64,000 nt of DNA from an uncultured Pelagibacteraceae bacterium (lineage in GTDB: Bacteria > Pseudomonadota > Alphaproteobacteria > Pelagibacterales > Pelagibacteraceae): positions 44,833 to 108,832 of the forward strand of contig CACEQR010000003.1 of NCBI GenBank assembly GCA_902561765.1, read 5' to 3'. This document shows, piece by piece, positions 9,501 to 19,513 of the stretch (position 1 is the first letter of the stretch; the number at the start of each line of letters is the position of its first letter). Below the pieces are notes generated by a model. That model had not been told where the DNA came from and did no database searches. It was given only the letters and a program-made list of their open reading frames with translations. Made by a program: the position numbers and the translations under genes.

Positions 9501-10607
9501 ATGAGTAATTGTTTTATACTACTAGCTGCTGGCAAAGGTAAGAGGTTTAAATCAAATAAACCAAAACAATTTATAAATTATGTAAATAAACCCTTATTTA
9601 TGCATTCAGTTGATAAAGCTTTAGAGTCAAGACTCTTTAAGTCAATAATAATTGTCTCAAATGTGCCACTAAAAAATATAAGGAATAAATCTATAAAAGT
9701 CATTAAAGGTGGTAAGGAAAGATATCAATCATCGCAAAATGCAATTAATTTTTTAAAAAATAAAAAAATTAAAAATGTTTTTGTTCATGATGCTGCACGC
9801 CCAAATTTTTCAATTAAATTATTAAAGAGACTTTATTCAAATTTGAAGAACAATAAAGCTGTTGTCCCTTTTTTAAAAACAGAGGACTCATCAAAATACA
9901 AAGTCAGAAATAAATTTCAGAACTTAGCAAGAGATAATTTATTATTTACTCAAACGCCACAATGTTTTGATTTTAAGACATTACATAAACTCTACATATC
10001 CAATAAAGAAAAAGTTACTGATGAAGCCTCTATATTTTTAAATAATAATTATAAAGTCAAATTTATAAAAGGTGAAAAAAATAATTTTAAGATTACGACA
10101 AATTCTGACTTAAAAAAAATTCAATTAAAAAATTTTTATGGTATTGGATTTGATATTCATAGATTAATTAAAAACAAGAAATTATATCTTGGAGGTATAA
10201 AAATTCCATTCCATTCAGGTCTTCAAGGTCACTCAGATGGTGATGTAATACTCCATGCAATAATTGATGGGCTGCTTGGTGCAATGAGAAAAAAAGATAT
10301 AGGATCACTCTACCCAAGCCATAAAGATAAGTTTAAAAATATAAGATCACCTAATATGCTTTTACCAATTTTAAAAATTTTAGATAAAAATGGATATTTT
10401 ATAAATAATATTGATATTAATTTGATATGCGAAAGACCAAAAGTATCAAGATACAGGGGTAAAATTATTTCATCATTATCTAATTTGCTCAGTATAAATA
10501 AAGACCAAATTAATTTAAAAGGTAAAACAGTTGAAAAACTAGGTTTAATTGGAAAGGAGAAGGCAATAGCCTGTGAAACAATTGTTTCATTAAATTATTA
10601 TGCTTAA
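9501..10607 (+). CDS. ispDF: Bifunctional IspD/IspF (MEP pathway)
   Basis: IspD motifs LAAGKGKRF..PKQF, HDAARP, QTPQ; IspF motifs GIGFDIHRL, GHSDGDVILHA. Confidence 0.95.
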   Translation: MSNCFILLAAGKGKRFKSNKPKQFINYVNKPLFMHSVDKALESRLFKSIIIVSNVPLKNIRNKSIKVIKGGKERYQSSQNAINFLKNKKIKNVFVHDAARPNFSIKLLKRLYSNLKNNKAVVPFLKTEDSSKYKVRNKFQNLARDNLLFTQTPQCFDFKTLHKLYISNKEKVTDEASIFLNNNYKVKFIKGEKNNFKITTNSDLKKIQLKNFYGIGFDIHRLIKNKKLYLGGIKIPFHSGLQGHSDGDVILHAIIDGLLGAMRKKDIGSLYPSHKDKFKNIRSPNMLLPILKILDKNGYFINNIDINLICERPKVSRYRGKIISSLSNLLSINKDQINLKGKTVEKLGLIGKEKAIACETIVSLNYYA

Positions 10608-11094
10608 AATTATAAATACAGCATTTGTTACAATGTTTGGTGTTGGAAAATTACCAAAAATACCTGGTAGTTATGCATCCTTAATTACGGTCATTTTTTT
10701 ATATATTTTATTTCATATGCTTTCAGTTCCTGCAGATATATTTTTATTTTTTTTAGTTGCTATTTTTATAATCTCTCTATTTGCAGTTAATTTATTTGTT
10801 AAAGATTTAACAAATAAAGATCCCAAAGAAGTTGTTATTGATGAGTTCATTGGTCAATCAATACCAATATGTCTTTATGAAATCGCTCACTCAGAACCAA
10901 CAAGTCCTTCTAGAGTACTGACATTTTATTTCATAATGTTTATTTTATTTAGAATTTTTGATATCGCAAAACCTTACCCTGTAAGTTATTACGATAAAAA
11001 TTTTAAAAACAGCTTTGGTGTTATAATGGACGATGTTTGTGCAGGTTTATATGTTGTTGCTATTCTTGTCTTTTACATGATTATTACGACATGA
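10600..11094 (+). CDS. pgpA: Phosphatidylglycerophosphatase A
   Basis: DPKEVVIDEFIGQ, FRIFDIAKPYP, GVIMDDVCAG. Confidence 0.92.
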   Translation: MLKIINTAFVTMFGVGKLPKIPGSYASLITVIFLYILFHMLSVPADIFLFFLVAIFIISLFAVNLFVKDLTNKDPKEVVIDEFIGQSIPICLYEIAHSEPTSPSRVLTFYFIMFILFRIFDIAKPYPVSYYDKNFKNSFGVIMDDVCAGLYVVAILVFYMIITT

Positions 11095-11561
11095 ATAATT
11101 TATCTTTAAAGATTATAAAATTATTAACTAAAAAAAAATATACAGTTTCATTTGCTGAATCGTGTACTGGAGGACTTTTAGCAAGTTCCATAACTTCAAT
11201 AAGTGGTTCATCTAAAGTTTTCAATTTAGGATTGGTAACTTATTCAAATAATGCAAAGGTAAAAGTACTTAAAGTACCAAAAAAAACTATTACCAAATAT
11301 GGGGCAGTAAGCCATGAAACCTGTTTATCGATGGTCAAAAATTTAAGTAGAATTACTAAGTCAAACATATCAATTTCTATCACAGGTATTGCTGGACCAA
11401 ATGGAGGAACTAAAAAAAAACCAGTCGGATTAGTTTATATAGGTCTAAAGAAAGGTGATAAAACAATTATCAAAAAAAATTTATTTAAAAATAAAAGAAG
11501 AATTTCAATTCAAAAGGCTACAGTAAAAGAGGCTCTTAAAATGGTTTTGAATACTGTATGA
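11091..11561 (+). CDS. pncC: CinA C-terminal domain protein / NMN deamidase PncC
   Basis: AESCTGG, YSNNAK, GAVS, SITGIAGP motifs. Start moved to ATG 11091 (ATGA overlap with the pgpA stop). Confidence 0.88.
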   Translation: MNNLSLKIIKLLTKKKYTVSFAESCTGGLLASSITSISGSSKVFNLGLVTYSNNAKVKVLKVPKKTITKYGAVSHETCLSMVKNLSRITKSNISISITGIAGPNGGTKKKPVGLVYIGLKKGDKTIIKKNLFKNKRRISIQKATVKEALKMVLNTV

Positions 11562-11574
11562 ATTTTTTAAAATG

Positions 11575-12012
11575 TTACAAGCTTTCAGCTCTTTTCTGAA
11601 ATGCATCAGCAATTTTATCAAGACCAAATTGGAATGATTTTGTCATAAGAATATTTAAAAATTTATTTTTAATTTCAAAATCAACATCAAATGTAACTTC
11701 TGTTAATTCTCCTTTTTCAACAAATTTCCAATTATTTTCTAAATAATTTAAAGGACCATCAATATTGGTGACAAAGATTGTATCTTCTTTCTTATTGAAT
11801 TTCACATCACTTTTGTAAGTATCTACAAAAGGGCCTTTACCTATCGTGAGATCAGCAATAATAAATGTGAGATCTCCTTTTTGTTTTCTTTCATATACTT
11901 TTGATCCTTCACAGAAAGGAACAAACTCAGGATATTTTTCAATATCTAAAACAAAGTCAATTAACTTATCCTTTTTATTATCAATTAATCTCTTAACTGA
12001 TGCTTTGGGCAT
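11575..12012 (-). CDS. START-domain Coq10/RatA family protein (probable ubiquinone-binding)
   Basis: VLDIEKYPEFVPFC, GPLNYLENNWKF, AFQKRA; conserved position after lipA. Confidence 0.88.
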   Translation of the reverse strand: MPKASVKRLIDNKKDKLIDFVLDIEKYPEFVPFCEGSKVYERKQKGDLTFIIADLTIGKGPFVDTYKSDVKFNKKEDTIFVTNIDGPLNYLENNWKFVEKGELTEVTFDVDFEIKNKFLNILMTKSFQFGLDKIADAFQKRAESL

Positions 12013-12944
12013 TAATTAATATTTTTTATATTTTTTTTTAATTTAATAAAATCTTCATCTGCATGATATGAGGATCTGGTTAAAGGAGATGAAGATACTA
12101 ATAAAAATCCCTTCGCTTTAGCTATTTTACCCAATTCTTGAAACTCATCTGGATGGTAATATCTATTCAAAGGAAAATGTTTAACCGAAGGTTGTAGATA
12201 TTGACCAATTGTCAAAAAATCAACCTCTGCTGATCTTAAATCATCCATAACTTGAATTATTTCGTCTTTTGTTTCTCCAAATCCAACCATAATTCCTGAT
12301 TTTGTAAAAACATGTTTATTATATTTTTTAGAACTTTTTAAAAGTTCCAATGATGCAAAATATCTTGCTCCAGGTCTTACTTTTACATAAAGACTTGGTA
12401 CAGTTTCAATGTTGTGGTTAAATACATCAGGATTTGCCTCTAAAACTCTTTTATAAGCCTCACCTTTTCTTAAAAAGTCAGGTGTAAGCACTTCAATTGT
12501 TGTGTTTGGATTTTTTTTTCTTGTTGCAACAATAACATCATGAAAATGATTTGAACCTCCATCAGAAAGATCATCTCTATCTACTGAAGTTATTACTACG
12601 TGTCTTAGATTTAATTTGCTAACTGCGTTGGCTATTTTAATAGGCTCAAATTCATCTAGTTTTTCTGGTTTCCCGGTTTTGACATCACAAAAAGCACAGG
12701 CTCTTGTGCATGTATCGCCCATTATCATTAAAGTTGCATGTCTTTTGCTCCAACATTCGGTTATATTGGGGCAGTTTGCTTCTTGGCAAACAGTTACTAG
12801 GTTGTCCTTATTAACAACAGTCTTAGTTAAAAAAAACTCTTTACTATTTAAAAGCTTCGATCTAATCCACTCAGGTTTTTTTTTAATAGGATTTATAGGC
12901 TTATTTACTTTTTCCGGATGTCTTGGTCTATTTTTATTTTCCAT
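12012..12944 (-). CDS. lipA: Lipoyl synthase
   Basis: [12 protein letters not shown] and CTRACAFC Fe-S motifs, RSSYHA. Confidence 0.97.
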   Translation of the reverse strand: MENKNRPRHPEKVNKPINPIKKKPEWIRSKLLNSKEFFLTKTVVNKDNLVTVCQEANCPNITECWSKRHATLMIMGDTCTRACAFCDVKTGKPEKLDEFEPIKIANAVSKLNLRHVVITSVDRDDLSDGGSNHFHDVIVATRKKNPNTTIEVLTPDFLRKGEAYKRVLEANPDVFNHNIETVPSLYVKVRPGARYFASLELLKSSKKYNKHVFTKSGIMVGFGETKDEIIQVMDDLRSAEVDFLTIGQYLQPSVKHFPLNRYYHPDEFQELGKIAKAKGFLLVSSSPLTRSSYHADEDFIKLKKNIKNIN

Positions 12945-13236
12945 TATCCTTTATTATATAGGTAGTCTCACCTTCTTTTCCAAATAAAAACTTTTCTCTA
13001 ATTAATATTTCTATAAAATCTAAGTCTATGTTATCTGTTAAAAGTGAATTTTTATGCTCTAAATCAGCAATTTTATTAACCAAGACATTATGATCATTTT
13101 GAAGTTGTTCATATATGTCTTTCTTTTCAATATATGAAATTAAACCTCTTTCACCATCTAACAAATTAAAGAAGAAATATATAAACAGAAATGTAATAAT
13201 TAGAATAAAATAGTTTTTTTTTAATTTATCTAACAT
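12934..13236 (-). CDS. ftsB: Septum formation initiator FtsB/DivIC
   Basis: Single N-terminal TM, GERGL, coiled coil, DLDFIE..RE; follows eno. Confidence 0.82.
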   Translation of the reverse strand: MLDKLKKNYFILIITFLFIYFFFNLLDGERGLISYIEKKDIYEQLQNDHNVLVNKIADLEHKNSLLTDNIDLDFIEILIREKFLFGKEGETTYIIKDNGK

Positions 13237-14495
13237 TAATTAATCTTATTCATTTTTGCAGATCTACCTAGGTCTTCTTCAATACGTATTAATTGATTAT
13301 ATTTAGCTATTCTTTCTGATCTTGCTAAAGAACCAGTTTTGATCTGATTTGAGTTTGTGCCCACAGCTAAATCTGCAATAAATGTATCTTCGGTATCACC
13401 TGATCTGTGAGAAATAATTGTTTTAAAACCTATTAATTGGGCAAATTTAATAACTTCTAAAGTTTCTGTAACAGTTCCAATTTGATTCAATTTTATCAAA
13501 ATACTGTTTGCTGATAAATTTAAAAATCCTACTTTTAATCTCTCAAGATTAGTAACAAAAAGATCATCTCCTACAATTTGTGTTTTATTTTTAGATTTAT
13601 TTAAAAATTTAGTCCATGCTTTCCAATCATCTTCACCAAATGGGTCCTCTATTGATTTAATCTGATATTTTTTTATTAAATTTAAATATTTATTTATTGA
13701 ATTATCAACACTAATATATTTTTTAGAATGAATTGAGTATTTTCCTTTTTTTACTAATTCATTAGCTGCCACGTCTAAACAAATAGATATATCTTTACCA
13801 TTTTTATAACCAGATTTTTTGATTGCTTTAACAATAAGTTTGAGCGCACTTTCATTGTCACTTATCATTGGTGCAAAACCTCCTTCGTCACCAACATTAA
13901 TAGAATGACCAGCTTTTTTAAGTAATTTTTTTAAATTGTTAATTACCAAAAAACACATTCGAACAGCATCATTAAAAGATCTTGCTTTATCAGGTCTAAT
14001 CATAAATTCTTGAATTCTAAGACCATTATCTGCATGCGCTCCACCGTTTATAATATTCATTAATGGGAAAGGAAGTTTGAAGTTTTTTTTCACTATAAAG
14101 TTTTTATATAATGGTATTTTTTTAACTTTTGCTGAGAGCTTTTTTGCAGCCATTGATACAGCTAATATTGTATTTGCGCCTAATTTAGTTTTTTGTTTTG
14201 TACCATCCAACTTTATAAGGATACTATCTATTCTTTCTTGATCATGAATATTCAAATTTTTCAACTTTTTTGAAATTAATCTATTCACAGTCGCAACTGG
14301 TATTAAAACACTTTTTCCTAAATATTTTTTATTACTTTTGTCTCTTTTTTCATAAGCTTCAAAAGTGCCTGTTGATGCACCTGAAGGACAAATAGCCGAT
14401 GCGCTTAAATTATTAGAAAATACTTCAGCCTCAATCGTAGGATTTCCTCTGCTGTCATATACCTGTCTTGCAACGACTCGTATGATTTTGCTCAT
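13236..14495 (-). CDS. eno: Enolase
   Basis: DSRGNPT, PSGASTG, GDEGGF, SHRSGDTED, QIKTGS..RSERIAKYN. Confidence 0.97.
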   Translation of the reverse strand: MSKIIRVVARQVYDSRGNPTIEAEVFSNNLSASAICPSGASTGTFEAYEKRDKSNKKYLGKSVLIPVATVNRLISKKLKNLNIHDQERIDSILIKLDGTKQKTKLGANTILAVSMAAKKLSAKVKKIPLYKNFIVKKNFKLPFPLMNIINGGAHADNGLRIQEFMIRPDKARSFNDAVRMCFLVINNLKKLLKKAGHSINVGDEGGFAPMISDNESALKLIVKAIKKSGYKNGKDISICLDVAANELVKKGKYSIHSKKYISVDNSINKYLNLIKKYQIKSIEDPFGEDDWKAWTKFLNKSKNKTQIVGDDLFVTNLERLKVGFLNLSANSILIKLNQIGTVTETLEVIKFAQLIGFKTIISHRSGDTEDTFIADLAVGTNSNQIKTGSLARSERIAKYNQLIRIEEDLGRSAKMNKIN

Positions 14496-14498
14496 TTG

Positions 14499-15323
14499 TT
14501 ATTTTTTAACTAAATTATCAATTTCCACAATTTGATTAATTAGCTCGTCTAAATTATTTAAAGGGACCATATTAGGACCATCTGATGGTGCATTATCAGG
14601 ATCTTGATGAGTTTCTATAAAAATTGCAGCTACACCTACGGCAACAGCTGCCCTTGATAAATATTCAACAAATTCTCTCTGTCCCCCACTTTTTTCTCCT
14701 AGACCACCAGGCTGTTGAACTGAATGAGTTCCATCAAATACAATCGGATAACCATTTTTTGCCATAATAGGAATAGATCTCATATCTGATACTAATGTAT
14801 TATAACCAAAGCTAGCACCTCTCTCTGTGACTAAAATATTTTCATTCCCACTTTCTGAAATTTTTTTTGTTACATTGACCATATCCCAAGGAGCAAGAAA
14901 TTGGCCTTTCTTTACATTAATAATTTTATTTGTTTTTGCTGCAGCAATTAACAGGTCTGTTTGTCTACAAAGAAAAGCTGGTATTTGGAGAACATCTACA
15001 TGAGGTGCAACTATAGAACATTGTTCCTCATTATGTATATCGGTTAGAACAGGTACATTTATATCTTTTTTAATTCTATCAAATACAGGTAAAGAATTGA
15101 TTAACCCTGCACCTCTTTTACCTTTAAGACTTGTTCTATTTGCTTTATCAAATGAAGTTTTATAAATAAATCCAATATTATACTTTGTTGTTATTTCTTT
15201 AATTTTACCTGCCATGTCTAAGGCATGTTGTTCTGTTTCAAGTTGGCAAGGACCTGCTATTAAACAAATCTTATTTTTGTTTGAAATTTTTATTCCGTTG
15301 CAATTAATTATTTTATTTTCCAT
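14499..15323 (-). CDS. kdsA: KDO-8-phosphate synthase
   Basis: AGPCQLE, FDKANRTS, QIPAFLCRQTDL, THSVQQPG. Confidence 0.97.
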   Translation of the reverse strand: MENKIINCNGIKISNKNKICLIAGPCQLETEQHALDMAGKIKEITTKYNIGFIYKTSFDKANRTSLKGKRGAGLINSLPVFDRIKKDINVPVLTDIHNEEQCSIVAPHVDVLQIPAFLCRQTDLLIAAAKTNKIINVKKGQFLAPWDMVNVTKKISESGNENILVTERGASFGYNTLVSDMRSIPIMAKNGYPIVFDGTHSVQQPGGLGEKSGGQREFVEYLSRAAVAVGVAAIFIETHQDPDNAPSDGPNMVPLNNLDELINQIVEIDNLVKK

Positions 15324-16935
15324 TATAAGATTTTGCTGCTTTAATAAATGAAGAGAATAAAGGATGAGGATTTAAAGGTCTAGATTTAAATTCTGGATGA
15401 AATTGCACTCCAAAAAACCATGAATGATTTTTTAACTCTATAATCTCAGGCAATTTATTATCTGGAGAAATTCCTGAAAATATTAGACCTTTTTTTTCAA
15501 ATTTTTCCATTAAGTTTATATTGACCTCATATCTATGTCTGTGTCTCTCTTGAATATTATTAGATTTATATATTTTTTTTATGGCAGAATTTTTTCTTAA
15601 TTTTGCCTCATAAAGACCTAATCTCATTGTTCCTCCAAGATTTTTGTCAGTTCCTTTTATAATTTTACCATCTTTATTCCATTCATTAATTAGCCCTATC
15701 ACTGGAAAACAATTTTTATCTAATTCACTAGACCCAGCATTTTTTATTTTTAAAATATTTCTAGCAAATTCAATCATTGCCATTTGCATACCAAAACAAA
15801 TACCTAAAAATGGTATATTTTTCTCTCTTGAATATTTAATTGCCTCTATTTTTCCTTCTGTTCCTCTTTTGCCAAAGCCACCAGGGATCAATATTCCAGA
15901 AACATCATTTAATTTAGCTTTAATTTCTTTTGATTTAAGTTTATCAGACTCTATTCTTACTAAATTTACTTTAACTTTATTTGAAATTCCTCCATGTGTA
16001 AGAGCTTCATCAAGTGATTTATAAGCATCTTTTAAATTTACATATTTACCTATAATAGCAATCTTGACTACTTTTTTTGTATTTAAAACTATATTGGTAA
16101 TTTTTTTCCATGGTAATAAGTTTGGTCTTTTTCTAGAATTAATTTTAAAGAATTTTAAAACTTGTTTGTCTAATTTTTGATTAAAGAAACTTATTGGAGC
16201 CTCGTATATAGTCTTTACATCGACTGTTTCTATAACATTATTAATATCGACATTACAAAATAAAGATATCTTTCTTCTTTGATCAAGAGGAATAGTTTGC
16301 TGAGATCTGCATATCACTATATCTGGCTGAATTCCTATACTTCTTAACTCTTTAACAGAATGTTGAGTTGGTTTTGTTTTAATTTCATCAGATGATTTTA
16401 GAAAAGGAACAAATGTTAAATGTATAAATAAAGATTTTGATCTTCCATTATCATTAGAAAATTGTCTTATGGCTTCTAAAAAAGGTAAACTTTCAATATC
16501 ACCCACAGTTCCACCAATTTCACATATTACAAAGTCTTCATTGGTGATATCTTTTTTAATAAATTCCTTAATTCTATCAGTAACATGAGGAATAACTTGA
16601 ACGGTTTTTCCAAGATATCCTCCTCTTCGCTCTTTTTTTAAAATGTCACTATAAACTCTTCCTGTAGTAATATTGTCAGATTGTTTTGATGATATATTTG
16701 TAAATCTTTCATAGTGTCCTAGGTCTAAATCTGTTTCAGCACCATCATCGGTTACAAAAACTTCGCCATGTTGAAAAGGACTCATTGTACCTGGATCAAC
16801 ATTTAAATAAGGATCCATTTTTCTTATTCTTACTTTAAATCCTTGTGATCTTAACAAATATCCTAATGATGCAGATGATAAACCTTTACCAAGTGATGAG
16901 ACCACGCCGCCAGTCACAAATATATATCGCGCCAT
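15313..16935 (-). CDS. pyrG: CTP synthase
   Basis: GGVVSSLGKG, KTKPTQHSV, GICFGMQ, RHRHRYE, QFHPEF. Confidence 0.98.
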   Translation of the reverse strand: MARYIFVTGGVVSSLGKGLSSASLGYLLRSQGFKVRIRKMDPYLNVDPGTMSPFQHGEVFVTDDGAETDLDLGHYERFTNISSKQSDNITTGRVYSDILKKERRGGYLGKTVQVIPHVTDRIKEFIKKDITNEDFVICEIGGTVGDIESLPFLEAIRQFSNDNGRSKSLFIHLTFVPFLKSSDEIKTKPTQHSVKELRSIGIQPDIVICRSQQTIPLDQRRKISLFCNVDINNVIETVDVKTIYEAPISFFNQKLDKQVLKFFKINSRKRPNLLPWKKITNIVLNTKKVVKIAIIGKYVNLKDAYKSLDEALTHGGISNKVKVNLVRIESDKLKSKEIKAKLNDVSGILIPGGFGKRGTEGKIEAIKYSREKNIPFLGICFGMQMAMIEFARNILKIKNAGSSELDKNCFPVIGLINEWNKDGKIIKGTDKNLGGTMRLGLYEAKLRKNSAIKKIYKSNNIQERHRHRYEVNINLMEKFEKKGLIFSGISPDNKLPEIIELKNHSWFFGVQFHPEFKSRPLNPHPLFSSFIKAAKSYNGK

Positions 16936-16951
16936 GGAATTATGTTATAGC
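16936..16951 (-). promoter_or_regulatory. Putative -10 element of a leaderless pyrG promoter
   Basis: Minus strand reads GCTATAAC-ATAATTCC-ATG; resembles the alphaproteobacterial GCTANAWC -10 consensus; no SD before the ATG. Confidence 0.55.
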
Positions 16952-16975
16952 CAATGATTAGATAAATTAAAAGTA

Positions 16976-17278
16976 TTAATTATTATTTTCTGGTAATTTT
17001 GGAGCATCATCAGCATTTTCCTCAATTTTGTCAATTACTGAAGTATTTGATGGTAGATCTCCTCTTGAAATGATTGTTAGGCCTAAGCTACATATTATAA
17101 ATAGTGTTGCTACAACAGCAGTAGCTTTAGTCATAAAATTACCAGCAGATCTAGAAAACATAAAATTATCTTGTGATACGCCTATGCCAAGTGCACCTCC
17201 TTCTGATTTTTGAAATAACACCAACAACACCAGAATAGCTGCCAAAATTATATTTAAAATTAATAGTATGTTTTCCAC
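16976..17278 (-). CDS. secG: Preprotein translocase subunit SecG
   Basis: LVLFQKSEGGALG, NFMTKAT; GTG start; tpiA-secG-pyrG order. Confidence 0.93.
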   Translation of the reverse strand: MENILLILNIILAAILVLLVLFQKSEGGALGIGVSQDNFMFSRSAGNFMTKATAVVATLFIICSLGLTIISRGDLPSNTSVIDKIEENADDAPKLPENNN

Positions 17279-17283
17279 GACGC

Positions 17284-18030
17284 CTAAATAATTGATTTTC
17301 TGATTATATCAATAAATATTTTTTCATTAGTTGATGCTCCTCCAATTAAAAAACCATCAATATTACTGATTCTCATTAAATTTTTTATATTTTTTGGGTT
17401 TACTGAGCCTCCGTATAAAACTTTAGACTTAGTAAAATTTTTTGATTTCTTAAGGGTATCTTTAATAAATTTAATATTTTTTATTAAATCATTTTCACTA
17501 GGTATAATTCCTGTACCAATAGACCAAACTGGTTCATAAGCTATTATTACCTTATTTAAATTACTTAAATTTTTTAAACCTTCTAATAATTGTTTCTTTA
17601 ACACATTTTTTGTTTTATTTTTATTTTTATCAACCAGTTTTTCACCTATACACAAAATAATATTTAATTTTTCTTCAAGCGCAGATTTGATTTTTAAGTT
17701 GATTTTTTTATTATTATTTTCAGCTCGTGTTTCTGAGTGTCCAATAATAATAAATTTACATCCCAAATCTTTAATCATCTTTGAGCTAATACCTCCTGTG
17801 TAAGGACCATAGTTTGGCTGAGTATGACAATCTTGGGCACCAATTTTAATATTTGTTTTTTTGGTTTTTTCTACAAAAGATTTTAATAGCGTATAAGGAG
17901 GGCAATAAACAATCTTGGCTTTATGTTTATTTGTTTTAGAATAACTTATTACTTTATTTAATGAATTAACTGACTTGATAGTCCCAAACATCTTCCAATT
18001 AGCTATGAAATACATATTATTATTTGTCAT
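17284..18030 (-). CDS. tpiA: Triosephosphate isomerase
   Basis: ANWKM, GHSE, AYEPVWSIGTG, YGGSV, GFLIGGAS. Confidence 0.95.
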   Translation of the reverse strand: MTNNNMYFIANWKMFGTIKSVNSLNKVISYSKTNKHKAKIVYCPPYTLLKSFVEKTKKTNIKIGAQDCHTQPNYGPYTGGISSKMIKDLGCKFIIIGHSETRAENNNKKINLKIKSALEEKLNIILCIGEKLVDKNKNKTKNVLKKQLLEGLKNLSNLNKVIIAYEPVWSIGTGIIPSENDLIKNIKFIKDTLKKSKNFTKSKVLYGGSVNPKNIKNLMRISNIDGFLIGGASTNEKIFIDIIRKSII

Positions 18031-18091
18031 ACTGATTAATATAATTTATATGTTTATTTTTTTTTAGATCAATAAATAAAGATTAAATATT

Positions 18092-19513
18092 ATGATTGGT
18101 AAATTAAGAGGTTTTTCAAATTCAAAATTGGCAGGAGTGCTTGTTGGGATTATTATCATACCATTTGTGTTTTGGGGTATGGGAAGTGTATTTAGTGGAG
18201 GCAATACTAACAATGTTGCAAAGATAAATAATGAAATAATTTCATCAAAAGATTTTATAAATTTTGTAAATGATTCAAGACTTACAAATGAAATTATAAA
18301 AGCAAATTTGGATAAAAATATTATTGAGAATATTTTATCAGAATTAATTTCAGAAAAATTGATTGAGATGGAAATAAAAGAATTAAATGTAAAAGTTTCT
18401 GAGGAAGCGTTAGCAAATAAAATTAGATCTAATGCAATACTTCTGGATGAAAATAACAAGTTTTCAAGAGTAAAATACGAAAAATTTTTATTAGAAAATA
18501 ATTTAACTGCTTCAAGTTTTGAAAATTCATTAAGAAAACAAGAATTAAAAAAAAATTTATTTAATTATATAAGTGGCGGAATCATATCACCATATTTTTT
18601 AAAAAATAAAATATATATAAGCGAAAATAAAAAGATTGAACTTGAATTTTTGGATTTAGATTTAGTTCATGACAAAACTGCAACAGATATAGAAGTAGAA
18701 GAGTTCATAAAAAACAATCAAGATCTTTTAAAAATTGACTTTATTGATGCAGCATATACAAAAATTACACCACAAAACTTAGTTGAAATTGACGAATTTA
18801 ATGATGAGTTCTTTAAAAAAATTGATGAAATTGAGAATAATATTTTAAATGGATCAAATTTGAATGAAATCAGTAAAATTTATAATTTAAAATTAGATAA
18901 AATTAGTAATTTCGTTTTAAATGATAATTCTGATGAAATTCTGGAAGAAATTTATTCTAAAAGGAATCAAGATAAACTTCAATTAATTGATAAAAATGAT
19001 TATTATTTAATTTTTGAAATCTCAAATATAAACAAAAAAATTCCAAATCGATCTAATAAAGATTTTATAAAAAGTGTAAAAAAAAATGTAATTTTAAAAA
19101 AGAAATTTGAATTTAATAAAGAACTTTATGAAAAAATTGATGAAAAATTATTTAATGATGATGAATTTATAAAAATATCAAAAGATAAAAATAATATTAA
19201 AGCAATTACTTTAAATAATCTAAATGACATCAATTTTTTTGACTCAGAGTCAATAGAACTTATATATACGTTACCAAATAAAAGTTTCACATTAGTTACA
19301 GGTGAAACAAATAAAGTTTATCTTACAAAAATAAAGGATATTTATTATTCCAATATTGATAAAAATGACAACAACATAAGTGAATATTCAACTAAATCAA
19401 ATAATGATATTATTAACAATATTTATACTTCCTATGACTTATCATTAAATACAAAATATAATGTAAAAATTTTTAATCAAACAATTGAACGTGTTAAAAA
19501 TTATTTTAGGTAA
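18092..19513 (+). CDS. ppiD: PpiD-like membrane-anchored chaperone (SurA N-terminal domain)
   Basis: N-terminal anchor IIIIPFVFWG, VAKIN..I, F...KYEKFL; divergent from tpiA and upstream of trpE, as in other Alphaproteobacteria. Confidence 0.75.
   Translation: MIGKLRGFSNSKLAGVLVGIIIIPFVFWGMGSVFSGGNTNNVAKINNEIISSKDFINFVNDSRLTNEIIKANLDKNIIENILSELISEKLIEMEIKELNVKVSEEALANKIRSNAILLDENNKFSRVKYEKFLLENNLTASSFENSLRKQELKKNLFNYISGGIISPYFLKNKIYISENKKIELEFLDLDLVHDKTATDIEVEEFIKNNQDLLKIDFIDAAYTKITPQNLVEIDEFNDEFFKKIDEIENNILNGSNLNEISKIYNLKLDKISNFVLNDNSDEILEEIYSKRNQDKLQLIDKNDYYLIFEISNINKKIPNRSNKDFIKSVKKNVILKKKFEFNKELYEKIDEKLFNDDEFIKISKDKNNIKAITLNNLNDINFFDSESIELIYTLPNKSFTLVTGETNKVYLTKIKDIYYSNIDKNDNNISEYSTKSNNDIINNIYTSYDLSLNTKYNVKIFNQTIERVKNYFR

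Noticed and set aside
11575-12012. Possible RatA toxin-antitoxin module
   Set aside because: No RatB/antitoxin partner. The position after lipA is the usual housekeeping Coq10-like context.
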